Assembly (NCBI GenBank): GCA_951406725.2
Contig: OX597832.1
Coordinates: 16,864,001-16,928,000 of the forward strand
Source of the DNA: Octopus vulgaris
Lineage: Eukaryota
Direction: 5' to 3'
DNA length: 64,000 bases
Of this stretch, positions 39,947 through 56,704 are shown piece by piece. The position numbers and the translations under genes are program-made. Numbering within the stretch: position 1 is the stretch's first letter; every line of letters starts with the position of its first letter. The notes beneath the pieces are model-generated. The model did no database searches. It was not told the DNA's origin and saw nothing but the letters and a program-made list of their open reading frames with translations.

Positions 39947-39950
39947 GCTA
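39874..39950. repeat. (TAC)n microsatellite
   Basis: Direct triplet tract. Confidence 0.95.
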
Positions 39951-41090
39951 GTACTACATTAATGGCGTGTAGGTTTAAAAGGTATTTCCTGGTGAATTAA
40001 TCACGCCGACTACTGACAGAGTATTTATATTTTATTTCAACTTTTCGTTCTTCACTTATAGTGCTTTAGATGCAGTACAAAAAATTCTGGTTTATATCTC
40101 TATGATTCGTCCCTAAATTCTCTGCTATTATAGCGACAATGTCCGGAAGCAGCTTTCAAGTCGACAATTTATATACTAATTAATAACCTTGTCTGTAATA
40201 TCACTTTTGATGAAATGCAGTTTGTGTTTCATTTAAGTTCTTCTTTGTTAATATTGACTAATGTGTCGTTGTAATGCAAATATATTCAAGGCGATATAGT
40301 ACAGATTTCGTTCTTACAGACATATAATTGATATCGGGTCAAACTGGCAACTGAAACCTGTGAATGCTTTGATCTGAAAATATTTATTGTTGGTTTTCTC
40401 GCCATTGTCAGTGTAGCCATTGATTTTGATACTTCAGTCAAGTTTAAAACGAATATATATGAATTTACACAGAGAGGATCGTTTGGCGAATGATAAATTA
40501 GATTTACGTATCAATAGTTTCAACAGCTGACCTTCAATAATAACTGCGGAGATGTTAAGATATGATTTATATTATCATATCCTTATATTCAGAATTCACT
40601 GTTAATGGTCAGGAAGATACACTGATGAAATTAATAAGTTACAGGTCAAATACTGAGTCTTGTCGAAGACTTGCCGGTTTTCTCTATTGGAAAAATTCAT
40701 TCGTACATGCGCACAACCAAACTCACGCATAGATCATAAAGAGGTGTTTGCATGGTTAATATTGTTTTGCTAAGGGATTCTACAGAGATAAAAACAAAAA
40801 AAAATGTCTGATAAATCTTGATATCATAATAACATATAAAGAACCATTGGGAAATAAATGTTGTAAAGAAATCAAATAAAGACTAGTTTAAAAGAAAATA
40901 TAAACTTGTGCCGAAAAGTTAATAATTTATCATGTAATCGTTAGCTGCCTTGTATGAAATGGCTGAATAGCATCTGAACGGAGAGTAGCAGGTAACATTT
41001 GACCCGTAATTAGGTTATTTAGCAACCTATATTTCTTATCCTATATGTGTGTGTGTGTAATATCTCACTGCCTGTATTTCCCTTTCTTTA

Positions 41091-41150
<60 letters not shown>

Positions 41151-41201
41151 TACACACACAAACACACACACGTATATATAGATATACATATTATTAACGG
41201 T

Positions 41202-41235
<34 letters not shown>

Positions 41236-41418
41236 ATATGTGCGTATATATATATATATATGCGTGTATGTATGTACATGTATACATATGTATGTATATA
41301 TGTATGCATATGTATATATATATATATGTATGTATGTATATATATATATATGTATGTATGTACATATATATATATATGTATATATGTATGCATATCTGTA
41401 TATATATATATGTATATA

Positions 41419-41461
<43 letters not shown>

Positions 41462-41939
41462 TTATATATATATATAGCAAAAGTGCAGTCTTTGTTATTG
41501 TTATTCTATAATAACAGAAAAAATTGATTGACGTGTTGTTTTTGTTGCTGTATTCGAATCCAAGTGAAGTCACATGGTTGATCTTCTTTATAGTGATTAT
41601 AGTCCATTGCGTTCTTATTTCTCATGAATACAGACAACTAAATTTGACAGAGAACCTATCATCATTCTACAGTCTTTATTCTGTGTCAGTCGGTTGATCG
41701 CCATTAAGTATATACATTTTCTTTGTTGTAAGCGTAAGACTTTGACAGCACGCTCAATATATTTCCCTCCTGTATTTATTCTCGACTCTTTAAGCCGTTG
41801 AGTATGTCCTTTCTACTTCTAGGGCAGACTTTATACTCCAGTTTTACATCTCCGAAAAGAAAAGCTCTATTTCTGTGATATTCATATGTTGTTGTTATGG
41901 TTAATCTTGTTTTATGCCCACATAAATTGATATTGAGTA

Positions 41940-41987
<48 letters not shown>

Positions 41988-41988
<1 letters not shown>

Positions 41989-42208
41989 TTTACCCTTTTA
42001 CTCTTTTACTCTTTTACTTATTTCAGTCATTTGGATGCGGCCATGCTAGAGCACAGCCTTTAATCGAGCAACTCAACCCAGGACTTATTCTTTGTAAGCC
42101 CAGTACTTATTCTATCGGTCTCTTTTACCGAACCGCTAAATGACGGGTACATAAACACACCAGCATCAGTTGTCAAGCAATGCTAGGGGGACAAACACAG
42201 ACACACAA

Positions 42209-42284
<76 letters not shown>

Positions 42285-42449
42285 TCGACGGGTTTCTTTC
42301 AGTTTCCGTCTACCAAATCCACTCACAAGGCTTTGGTCGAAGACACTTGCCCAAGAAGACACTTGCCCAAGGTGCTACGCAGTGGGACTGAGCCTGAAAC
42401 CATGTGGTTGGAAAGCAAGCTACTTACCACACAGCCACTCCTGCGCCTA
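41988..42449 (-). mobile_element. SINE family A, full length
   Basis: Family match. An internal tandem duplication of GAAGACACTTGCCCAA replaces part of the body. Confidence 0.9.
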
Positions 42450-42989
42450 TACATATATGACGGGAGAGTTTACGAAAGAAAACAAAAGACGAAGACAGTT
42501 GGTGTACAAACAAACAGATGTATTAGTATAACAAATGTGTGTAGTGGCTAACGATCTGTCATATATACATGACCGCTGGCTTTCTAGTCAAGACAACCAC
42601 GGCTGCCCAATTCATAATTTATTTAATATGTGAGAGCTGTTTTTCAGAAGGCTGAAGTCTAACTGTTATTTCTAAGGCGTTAAGTTATTTAATGGAGACT
42701 GTCTCACTAGTTCCTCTATTAATGTACAGTGACAATGAATCTGTTAGGGAAGTAGAATAATTGTTGCAGTAGGAAATACAAGAATATGCATGACTTTATT
42801 ATTAATGGTATTATTAATTGATATTAAGGGTTTCTAATTGCCAAGTTTGCTAGAAGAGTTCTTTCTTCAAAGTAACTCTTATTGTTCTTCCGTCACACAC
42901 ATAATGGATTTTAAGTCGAAGCAACAACCATTTATCGTATTTGTGTCGCATTTGGTATTGGGGGTGACTGCCGTCTATCTGATATATAC

Positions 42990-43405
42990 GAAAGACTACA
43001 GTTTTTGCAGAAACAAAGTCAGTGACAAATGCAGTGTAAACAGAGTGATGAAACGTTTTGAAGATGAAGTATGCAGTAATGAACAATCGACAAAGTGGGA
43101 GAATATTTAAAGCATCCATTCACACTAATCACGAGAGACTAGAACAATTGATTCACACGAACAAACGAGTCGCAATTTGTGAATTTGCTGCACAATTCCT
43201 CTGTGATCAGAATATTTTGCGGTAGATAATAAAAGATAAGGGGCATTTAAAATGTGCACAGGGTAGATGTCTCAGCTGGTTACATGCTATTTGAAGACAG
43301 AGGAAAATAGTAAAAGTCTATGCTGATATACTCAAGGTGTTTGAACCCAATCAAGACACGTTTATCCGAACTGGTGATAGAATATGAAATGTGGGCGTAC
43401 CTGTG
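42990..43405 (+). mobile_element. Very old mariner-like transposase N-terminal fragment
   Basis: Frameshifted translation resembles KRFED..RPST..EQLIHTNKRVAICE..FIRTGD(E)xW. Confidence 0.4.
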
Positions 43406-45554
43406 GATGTGTCACTCATATTCAGGAGGATCTAAGAACTTTAAGAGTTAGCAATCGACGAAGAAAGTCGTGGCTATTCTTTCGAAAGAAGAAATGGACA
43501 CATTCTTATTCGTGTTCTGATATATTTCTCCAAAGCTAGCGGTACGTGGAGACATCAAGGAAATCATAGGGAAGCCATTGAAAACGTCCAGAATTTTATT
43601 TATGTACATATTGCGAAATATACCTTTCATGTATGAGATATTATGAAATACAAGCAAAATTCCAGCCAAACATTTAAGATAAAATAAAGTGTATTCGAAA
43701 TATAGATACAATATAGAGGAATTGATACAACTCGGTAGTGGCGTTTATCTCAGAAAGCATCAAAAGTGAAGGCAATATATACTTTATCGATTTGAAAGCA
43801 TTCCCAACTATAAAAATATCCAGTATATTAAGACAGAAATTATTATTTGAAATGTAGGCCACAGCTGCCATCGTTAAATGTGCCCAGCTAAGTAACATAT
43901 TTGGTATTTGGAATTATAGATATCTCTTAAATTATTCCTCATTGCCTATAAAATTAAATAAATATTGAACATTGTTATTTCTAGATTTGCACAAACAAAG
44001 TGACAGTTAAGGCAATAATATTCATTTAATCAGAAATGTTCTGCGGCTAAGCAGAAACACGATCAAATTTCGTTATCTTACCTGTCTAATTTATAGGTTT
44101 AGCTCTCGTTATACAAAGGCTAAAATAGTAACACCTGAGGTCCAATAAGCTAATTATAAAATGACAATAAAAATGAGATTCAATCAGAATAAAATCCCGA
44201 ATTTACGCTTTCTCCGAACTCCCTGATACTCAGATCTATTTTGTATTTTCCCCTTCAAATATTTACTTCTAACTGTGCGGCATCTATTTGAAACGACTTT
44301 AGATTCAGTCTACCACATCCTTAGTCTTTTTTAAAAAAAAGGAAGAACTCATTAAGCAATGTTCTAAATATATAGACAGGATTGTCATGCATGGAACGCC
44401 CGTGATCATACGTCTAATCAATACAATGAAGTTAAACAAACACAGCATGGCTAAACAAAATCATCTTAACAAACAACATTGAATTTCTACATTATAACTG
44501 TATTTCCCTGAAGCATAATCAGCACTTCGATAATGTTGCATGCAGTTTTCTATAATTTTCAATTAATAAGGTATTCATAGCTTTTCCTACTTGTTTTGTT
44601 TTCCTTTCTCTCTATTTCTCTGTCTCTCTCTTCCCCCCTTTCTCAGCCGTTCTTTCTCGCTTTCTCTCTCGTTCTTTCCTGCTTCTCCCACCCTCGTTTT
44701 CGTTTTTGCACGTAATTCTTTCATTTTGTAGTTTTTGTTCGTGTTGTTGATTCTAGAAGATTCTTTTGGCATTTCTTATAGTCTCAAAACTATGACAGTT
44801 GTAAAAGAGCTTTTGAATTGGGGCTAATGAAGTGGAAGATGTTGGCTGCGCAATGAATACTTATCGATTTACATTCAAAATGGTTGCCTGTTCAAAGAAA
44901 AATTTATCAAAGAGGTTTGACGGATTTGCAAGGAGCTGACTGTAAAAATCACCCTGAACAACAACGAAGTAAAAAAGGCAAAGAAAGAAACCTCTCTTAT
45001 GAAATAAATAGAAAAAGGCAAATGTATCGCATTAAAAAAATTTGATAAATAAGAACAATTTGTTCAAATGTTGATATTGCAGAACTTGTCCATTTCCTAT
45101 TTAACGATTTGCATTTGTCTTCCAGCCTACGAATTGTGTACTAAACTACAATAACAATGAAAGATAAATACTTTCGCAGTAGCTACATAGTCGTGTGATT
45201 TCTGTAGCTTGCTATGTGTCAGTAATTATATTTGATAATTTAGTAAAATCGTGACGTTGATCAAGATTAAATGTTTCTTTGTATTTCAAAATTATTTTGA
45301 CAGCAATATATCTGGAAAAGCGATAAATCAAAATGTTTGGCACGAATACTGTTCTAGTATCCCAAAGACAAAATATATATCAGCTTCTACTTCAGCATAA
45401 ATAATTTTCCATGTACTGCTAATGAAAAATACTTAAACAGTAACATACATTTATTAATGAATTGATTGTGTTATGAACACGTATTCTCTGTAAATAAGCC
45501 GTTCTCTTGTGAGGAAACAAAGCAGAAATTACCATATTGCCTTTCTAATTTACC

Positions 45555-45787
45555 TATTTCTTTACTACCCACAAGGGGCTAAACACGGAGAGGACAAAGA
45601 AGAACAGACAAACGGATTAAGTCGATTATATCGACCCCAGTGCGTAACTGGTACTTATTTAATCGACATCGAAAGGATGAAACGCAAAGTCGACCTCGGC
45701 GGAATTTGAACTCAGAACGTAGCGGCAGACGAAATACCGCTACGCATTTTCGCCCGGCGTGCTAACATTTCTGCCAGCTCGCCGCTT
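45555..45787 (-). mobile_element. SINE family B, full length
   Basis: Family match. Imperfect TSD TTCTAATTTACC / TTCTAATAGACC. Confidence 0.9.
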
Positions 45788-46260
45788 TATTCTAATAGAC
45801 CGGTTAGTATTAAGCATAAATATATAAGCCACCGTTTCGAATATCGCTGTTTTCCGTGAATATTACGATTTACTTTACGCAACTCCATCTTGGAAAATAC
45901 AGCCTTAGTATACGGTGAGAGAGTGTATAAGCATATGGCATAATGAAAGCAAGTCGACGTTTTAGATGTACGATTCTTTGTGAATGACGATGCTGATACT
46001 GATAATGATGATGATAATTATGATGATAAGGAGGAGGAGGAATTTGTTTTTGTCTTGTTGTTGATCGAGATTACCGAAGATATAAAGTGTTCCTGCCGCA
46101 GACGTATAGTTTTTGTATACTTCATGAAATTTGAGAATTCATTTTACCTCTTATTTAAGGTATACGGTGTGATTACTAGAAGTTTTATCTATCATTTCTA
46201 AGAGTTTCACAAATCATGTCGAAATTTTCGTGTTGTACTTGGTGGTATTCATAGCATATA

Positions 46261-46490
46261 TATTTCTTTACTACCCACAAGGGGCTAAACACAGAGAGGA
46301 CAAAGGACAGACAAAGGGATTAAGTCGATTACATCGACCCCAGTGCGCAACTGTTACTTAATTTATCGACCCCGAAGGATGAAAGGCAAAGTCGACCTCG
46401 GCGGAATTTGAACTCAGAACGTAACGGCAGACGAAATACGGCCACGCATTTCGCCCGGCGTGCTAACGTTTCCGCCAGCTCGCCGCCTTA
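46261..46490 (-). mobile_element. SINE family B, full length, young
   Basis: Family match. Perfect 14-bp TSD ATTCATAGCATATA (46247-46260 / 46491-46504). Confidence 0.93.
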
Positions 46491-48450
46491 ATTCATAGCA
46501 TATAGATTCATGTCACTCCAGACCGAGCTGAGAATAAGATCAAATCAGTTCCAACCGTGACGATACTGACTGAATATTATTCTCAGTCATAGTATATCTA
46601 GTAAGACTATACTAATCACTGTGTATTTCCCCGAAGGGTGCGATCAATTTCTAGCAAGGTGACTCACAGATTAAAGGGCCCATATATTCGACTGGTGTTG
46701 GTGGCAGTGAAATCATTGTTGTTGTTGTTGTTATTGTTGTTGCTGCTGCTGCTACTACTCCTGTCGTTATTAGGTGGCTCTGACTTAGCCGATTTGAAAT
46801 GATCGGCTGCAGTCTAGTCATCAACATCTTGAATTTTTCTAATGTGCAAGGGAGACGATTTTCATCAAAATTTCTATACTTATTACTTCCAGGTCCTTTC
46901 TTGGCTTGGTCTGATAATATAGGTCATGGTGTGTCGGGAGTAATAAATTCGTTGTTTCCCATTTAGATTAGTCGTGACTTGACAGACGTATCAGAAAATG
47001 ATGCTCAGCTAAGTCAATTCTGGCTATTGTTTCAGCTAGAATTACCCAATCACAACTTCTTTTGTCTCTTTCTATACGACAACGATTAGTTACTATTTCA
47101 CACACATTCTTATTTCGGGGCACAAATTAGATTGCATGTTGCGTGAATTAGTAAATCATCGCCGCTTGCATGGAAATAACACTTGAATTTTACCATATCG
47201 CCTGAAAGTTTAGATCTAGAAAGTAAAGAATAGATATATTCTGCAACACATTCGTCTGCTACATAGGAATAACAGAAAGCACACTCAATAAATTCTGATC
47301 AAAACTAACAGTGAAAACAAAATTCCTAAAATCGACCCAAAACTGCTTGAACAATCATAGAAAGACTGAGGATACTGTAACAGAATAAGTGCAATCCCTT
47401 TTGAATTGAGGAGCATCACAGCACTGAAGCTGCATGCTTATTAAATTGCTGCTATGCAAGAATAAAAGAATAAAAAATATTTATGTATGTATGTATGCAT
47501 GCATGTATGTACGTATGTAAGAATATATAGATATACACATGGTGGCTGCCCCCTCGTTATCGAGTATGGCCATTGCACGAAGTTTAATCAATGTTGTTAT
47601 CGTGCAATGCCTGTGCAAGAAGATTTTTTTTAAAGTGAGGAAAGGCTGTGCATAGAGACAATCCCACTCACTAAGCAACAACAGACATAATCTGAAAAAA
47701 AAAGATATACACATACATACGTGCATACATACATGAATACATACATGTGTGTGCGAATGTGTGTGTGTATGGTTTCTCTGGGATGTATTTAAATTCTCCG
47801 TCGACTATGATGAGACTTGAACACAGAATGTGAATGTCAAAGGACATATCACAACTCCAAATTTCCTTCTGTTTTGGAGCTGTTAGTATTATTTCTTAGT
47901 TTTTGTATCTGTTATTGCTGCTTCTATTTAAATTATTATAAAACTTTTTTCTTCCACCTATTTCTGTAATTATTTTATTTCATACGTCAAAACTATATCT
48001 GATTTGTTGGTTAAGAATGATATTGTTTACCTCTTTTTTTTTCTTGTTTGATTTATAAATAATATATTAGAAAATGACAAAAGTACAAAAAAAAACAACA
48101 AACAAGCAAATTAATACGCAAAATGTACACAATCATTTGAAATATTATTATTAAATATCATTATCAAATTTATTATCGTGAATAATTTGAGAGCGGAATA
48201 ATTTCTGTATTCTTTTTGTGAACCTAAAAAACTATATTAGATTTTAGTTGCGTCTGTATAAGAATGTCATTGCCAGATTTGTTTGTGGAAATATCATACA
48301 AACTCGTCTGTTAGATAAGGAAAAATATCATTTACTCTCTATCTAGTTTCCTCTGCTAGGAAAATAATCCTTTCCTATCAGTGCACCATTCCTCCAGATT
48401 AGAATCTGCCTATATCAATATATGTGAGTTAATATTACTTACTACGAGCA

Positions 48451-48636
48451 AGGTGCGGTAAGCTGGCTTCATTGCTTAGCGGCAGTTCAACCGACTTTTT
48501 GCATTCTAAGTTCAAATTACGCCGAGGTGAACCTTCCCTTTCATATTTTCAGAGTCGATAAAGCAAGTACCAGTGGACAACTGGGGTCAATGTAATCCAC
48601 TGTCCCCCTCCCCTGAAATTGCTGGCCTTGTGTAAT
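48451..48636 (+). mobile_element. SINE family B, older subfamily with alternative tail
   Basis: Diverged head and central domain. The tail CCCCTCCCCTGAAATTGCTGGCCTTGTG matches 4612-4645. Confidence 0.75.
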
Positions 48637-48883
48637 TTGTAATTGCTAGCTTTGTGCTGTGTACGTATAATATACTCGAATGCTTAATAATTTTAAGTTG
48701 CCTCCGTGGGGTTTCGGGTTTCATGGCTAATTGGGGTAGATAACAATTTATGCTTCTTCTTATTAACATAATTTGGGATTAAGTGTCGGGAGATGGAAAG
48801 GGAATAGCAGCCCGTCTCATGGATTGCGTTTGTATTTCAAAGATTTTCTCCTATCGTATATAATGCAGTTCACATTCTGCCGC

Positions 48884-48980
48884 TAATTACATTAAGGGTG
48901 CACACGTCTGTGGGATACACAGCCACTTATACGTTAATTACGGAGCAGGTAATTCAGTTGATCGAACAACCGAATCCTCG
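48884..48980 (+). mobile_element. Fragment of SINE family C tail type 2
   Basis: AAGGGTGCACACGTCTGTGG...CAGCCACTTATACGTTAATT aligns to 35976-36065. Confidence 0.7.
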
Positions 48981-49774
48981 GATTTTAATGGTGGAAAACC
49001 ATTACCCCCAGTAACTTCCTGTCAATGAATTACTGGTAACCTCTCCGTACATGACAAAATATATTATGTCTGCTGATGCTGTTTTGTGGGTAAAAGAGAT
49101 GTTATACATTAATACATGATGCCTGGCGTACGTACAACTAATTTCATTAATCACAGTTTATGCCTGTGCTTCTGTATTTCTTCAATCAAACTGCTGATGT
49201 AATATGAACTCTGATGGAATTTGCTCATAATGTGCCAAGTGAACAAACCGAATGACGCTAAACATTTAGTATTCCATTCTATGATGTTGGATATGATTCA
49301 AATACGGATCTCAAAAGGAACATTCGAGAATCTTAAAGAAAGTTACGTGTCTTTGTAATTTTTTCTGATATCCTTGGAGTTCCTCTCTCCCTGTTCATGA
49401 TGTTTTTGAAATTGGAATTAAAGCTGATTATGAGTCAAAGCTATACAAGAATTTTAAAGCATACAAACGACATACGGGAAATGGCTTCAAGAAGAATTTT
49501 AAATCATGCAACTTCCTTAGAATTCCCTACACATTATATAGGATATGTCCAACCAAAGCCTCCAACCAAATCACATACATTTAAGCTGTACTGTTTCCAC
49601 TTTTGTTTTGCTTTTGTTTCTTGTTTGTTTGTTTTGGGTTTTTTCGCTAAAACAACTTTTGACTTGAGGTTGAGAGTTTAGTATGAGAACGGCAAAAGAA
49701 AACGTAGGAGAGAAGAGTAACTCAGGTAAGGATGATTGCAATTTCTAGAAAATAATATATATATATGTGAAGTA

Positions 49775-50106
49775 CACTTAAATGTGGCTAACCATTTAGG
49801 GTGTATGCTACTGTAGCTTGTAGCCCCAGGAGTACATCTTCTCCAGCTGGCTATTGACACACCTCCTGTGCCCTATCAGTATTTGCAAAGGGAAGCCATC
49901 CTTCCCATCGTCGACCTGACGCGATACGCATGGACCCCGGTTTCTGATTATTTATCTGTCGTCAGATCGACGATGGGAAGGATAGTTTCCTTTTGCAAAT
50001 ACTGATAGGGCACAGAAAGTGTGTCAAAAGCCAGCTGGAGAATATGTTCTCCTGGGGATACACGCTACAGTAGCATCCAGCCTTAGTGGTTAGCCACATT
50101 TAAGTG
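49775..50106. mobile_element. Long palindromic element (arms about 146 bp) with a hammerhead-like motif at the loop
   Basis: Inverted arms 49775-49920 / 49961-50106. The minus strand at 49933-49965 reads CUGACGA-CAGAU(aaaua)AUCA-GAAACCGGGGUC. A piece of the arm recurs at 10564-10596. Confidence 0.7.
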
Positions 50107-51270
50107 GTAAATATACTTCATATTATCGTGCAGCTACTGTTTATACCTCGTTCAGAGATTTATTATTGCTTAATATATATGTATATGCATGTATGTATGC
50201 TCTCAAGACACATGTTTCTTTACTACTACTGCTTCTTTCGTTAAGTTATGCATCCTTCTGTCAAATAATGTTGCAGCGTAAAGGACCTGCCGGTAACAGT
50301 TACATGACTATAACAATTTGTAATAGCTGAACATGTTTCTTTATGATTGCTTTTCTGTTTCTTCGTTTTTAAGAAGAAATGAAGCTACATATCTTTCAAA
50401 GATCTGTGATGCCACATCCTGGCTTTTTGTAACTCTTTAGTGTTAAATATAACGGTTTACCATATATAGGCATAATATAAATGAATCGGTAAGGGATTTA
50501 TCCGGAAATCCTAAAATCAATAATCAACATGTCCACTGACTTAGTTGCATCAATTTTCTACAACTTTTACTGTATGAATAAAAAGTTATACGCACAAATA
50601 ATAACACACGCTCACACACATACACACACTCGTTAATGTCCTCTATCTCTCTCTCATTCTTAAGCACACACACGCACCCATAAGCTTACATAATCGTGGT
50701 AGTTATATAATAATAATTACAGATATTATTCTGGCACTGTAACTAATGTTTTTTTTTTTATACATTTGAATTTCTGATTGTGACAAAATCCATGAATCTC
50801 ATTACAAAACTTCGGGAAAAAGAATGGGAATGAAAAGGTCAGCGGATGTAGGTTTTGTTATCGTGAGAAATGAGAAAGAATGCTAATGACGCGTTGTTTC
50901 TTAGAAGGTACTGAAAAATATATATAAGTAGGTTTAATGTTGCAGCCGGGAAATGAGATGAAGAGATGAGAAAATATGTGAATTAAAGATGTAGGAAGTG
51001 ATGTGTGGGATACGAGAGAAGAGGCTCAACAGGGAGAGGATTCATGTGACACACAGCGTGAGATATGATCTACTTAGTTGAACGGACATGTTGGAAATCA
51101 ATGGAAGGTTACTTTAACCTGACCTTCATTGCATACAACGAAAAATAAATAAATAATGCAGAGGTTCAGTTATAATGAGAGTTTCCAATTCATGTTTAGC
51201 GATACACATATGTATGAAATTACTGTTTGTAGACAATATTATTATATTATATCATATTATATTAATTTAC

Positions 51271-51550
51271 GGAGGGGCAATGGCCCAGTGGTTAGGGCAG
51301 CGGACTCGTGGTCGTAGGATCGCGGTTTCGATTCCCAGACCGGGCGTTGTGAGTGTTTATTCAGCGAAAACACCTAAAAGCTCCACGACGCTCTGACAGG
51401 TGATTCCTGCTGTACGCTTTCACCATTCTTTTTTCTGTTGGCCTACTCGCTTAGCCAGCGGGGTGGCGTCATTCGAAGGCTAAAACAATGCGAACGCATT
51501 GTCACCAGCGATGTGTAACTACATCTGATGGACTGGTCGATCACGTGATA
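51271..51550 (+). mobile_element. SINE family C, tail type 3
   Basis: Head nearly identical to 35708-35826, with an unrelated 3' region. Flanked by (ATTAT)n. Confidence 0.88.
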
Positions 51551-51924
51551 TTATATTATATTATATTACGTTATATTCTTTTTATAACATATTATAAGAT
51601 ATGTCTATAAAACTGATAACGATCAATGTGATGAATGTAAACACTACGTCTATTCCAGACACAATGCTTAAATTCATCATAACACAGGAAGCTGAACTGG
51701 ACACTAGAATTCCAGTTGGTGGCACAATTATACGTCAGATCCAACGTGCGATCATCTAAAAAGTAAAGTTTAGTAAAATGTGTATCTGTGTCCGCATAAA
51801 AGTGAGTTTACAGGTGACTTACGCCAAGTGTTAGGCTAAAGAATCGAAATATATACTTTTACTTTATTACCAAATTTATGTGTGCCTGTGTGTATTTCTT
51901 TGTGACTTTCTGTATATATTCTTG

Positions 51925-51996
<72 letters not shown>

Positions 51997-52419
51997 TGTA
52001 TATATGCGTGTGTATCGGCGTGTGAATAAGTCAAAGTGTTTGGGTTCGTACACATATGTGTACATGCATACGTGTTACGTGAGGATGTGAGAATACATGT
52101 GTGTGTATATATATATATATACCATGTATATACTTGGCGTAGAAGTGTCTCGTTTTGAAGATGAAATGAGAATAAAAACAATGCCAGCATCTAAATATCA
52201 ACAAATAAACAAACGCGAGAAAAGGCAATAACGTTACAATAAAACCTATCAAAATTAAAACGAAACACCAGCGATTAATAAAACTGAATTAGTTGTAGAA
52301 TTAAGACGCCAAACACCACAAAACAAATGCTAAATCTGCATCGTTTTTGTTTAAATATTTACATATATTTTCAGAAATATAATCTACCTATATTAATTTG
52401 ACTGCATTATTACATTCAT

Positions 52420-52542
52420 GTTATTGTTGTTGTTGTTGTTGTTCTTCTTCTTCTTCTTCTTCTTCTTCTTCTTCTTCTTCTTCTTCTTCTTCTTCTTCTT
52501 CTTCTTCTCCATAACATATATGTATATCTATATCTATCTATA

Positions 52543-52622
<80 letters not shown>

Positions 52623-52726
52623 TATATATATATATATACACATATATATGTATATATATATATATATGTTTATATATATATATATATATATGTACATATA
52701 TATATATATACACACATATATATGTG

Positions 52727-52757
<31 letters not shown>

Positions 52758-52866
52758 ATGTGTGTGTGTGTGTGTGTGTATAAACATTCAAACATACTCT
52801 TCGTTCACAGCAAGTTTTGGCAAAGGCAGAATGAGGTATATTGATATAACATATAACAAAATACGC

Positions 52867-52929
<63 letters not shown>

Positions 52930-52943
52930 TTTATATATATATA

Positions 52944-53041
<98 letters not shown>

Positions 53042-53249
53042 CATTTATATGTAGGTAGGTACATATATGCATGTGTATGTGCATATGTATATGCAAATAT
53101 ATATGTATATATATATATAAGTATATATATTATTTTTGTTCTCATTTGATTGAACGCCACACATCTATTTCAAAGTAAGTTTATATAGGTATGTATGCAT
53201 ATGTCTATCTATCTATCTCTCTATATACATACATACATATTTATATAGT

Positions 53250-53311
<62 letters not shown>

Positions 53312-53640
53312 GTAAGCATGTATGTATGTATATGTGTATATCTATATATGCATGTATCTGTGTATATACATGCACAGATGCATGTAGCTGAATACAAACT
53401 GTTAAAATTTTTATGCAAATGGTTGTAAAGAAATTTGTATATATAAATAAATATATATATATATATGTATGTATGTATCTGTGTATCTACGTATGTATAT
53501 ATATACATATATATATACATATATATTCATATACATAGCTATATATAAATATATACACATATATATATATATATACAAATACATGTATATATATATATAT
53601 ATACATTATATATATATATATATATATATATTTATACAAA
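52420..53640. repeat. Compound microsatellite field (TTG)n/(TTC)n/(TCTA)n/(TA)n/(TG)n
   Basis: Direct tracts. Confidence 0.95.
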
Positions 53641-54209
53641 CACATGTATCTTTGCATTTACGTATGTGCGTATGTACGTATGTATGTATATAAGTGCACT
53701 CGTGTTTGTGTAATCAAATTTTGCATTAAAAGCATAGTTGAAAATAAAACAATAAAAATGCCGCAAAGCACCCCATGAAAATCAATAATTTTTTTTCAAA
53801 AAGTATAAACGTAAAACAAAAAAGGAAAACGCCAAAACATCTATGAATTAAATACATTATATATTCCCTGATGTTTTAATCTTTATCGCAAGAATAATTT
53901 ATTGTCAGGCATTGGATTCTTAGAACAAATACTTTCGTTTCGACAGCTCCGTCTATAATTCTGAGTCAGACCATTTTCTTTATTGAAATATTCCTTTAAT
54001 GATAACATTGGTAACAACCGTCATGTCTCGACTGATGTTTGAATATTTATATTAGTTCGTTATTATTTATTTGTTGTATTTGTAACATTATTATTATTAT
54101 TATTATCACGGATAATTCACTCATTTATTACTATTTGAAGTATTGCTATTGTTGTTGTTTTCGTTAATACTATTTATTTATTATTTTTGTTATCGTTGGT
54201 GTCGTGGCT

Positions 54210-56008
<1,799 letters not shown>

Positions 56009-56673
56009 CAAAGTTATCAAGAATAAATTCAACAAACACAGTGGCTGCACTTACTCAATGATCAAAATTGTTCAATTAAGAATTTAACCTCCCTCAGTGG
56101 AAACTAAGAATAAAAGCGCGAACAACCAATATAATGACTCCTCTAAAATGGCGCCTCATAAATAATTTTGCATATAAAACACGGGTTTGTTTAGACACAC
56201 AGATACATATATCCACCTAAAAATCACACACAATCTCACACAACATATATTTCTAATGTAAGTTTTCGCATATCTACGTAGGTGTGTGCTGCAGATATTG
56301 GATTATTTTCGGTTTTTTGTTTTAAATTTCATATATCTTCTTTATTTTTAAATACCATTTATTATTTCTTTTTCTATTACTGTATTTTTGCATATGTATT
56401 TTCCTGTTATAGTATAGTTTGCATAATTTTTTATCCTCTTCTAGTGAGTTATTTCCATTTACTTTATTTGTATTACATAATACCCGCCAGGGTATTTTGA
56501 GAATTTATTAGACCTACACAACATTTAGCAAAAAACGATCATAATATATCTACACAATGTTTCGCATTTATATAAGAAATGACTCAATATTTATGTACAT
56601 TGCCGTAAACTTCCTCACACGTGCATATGAGTGTTTGTTCATGCACAGATATGTGTATTTATTTATAAGCATA

Positions 56674-56704
<31 letters not shown>

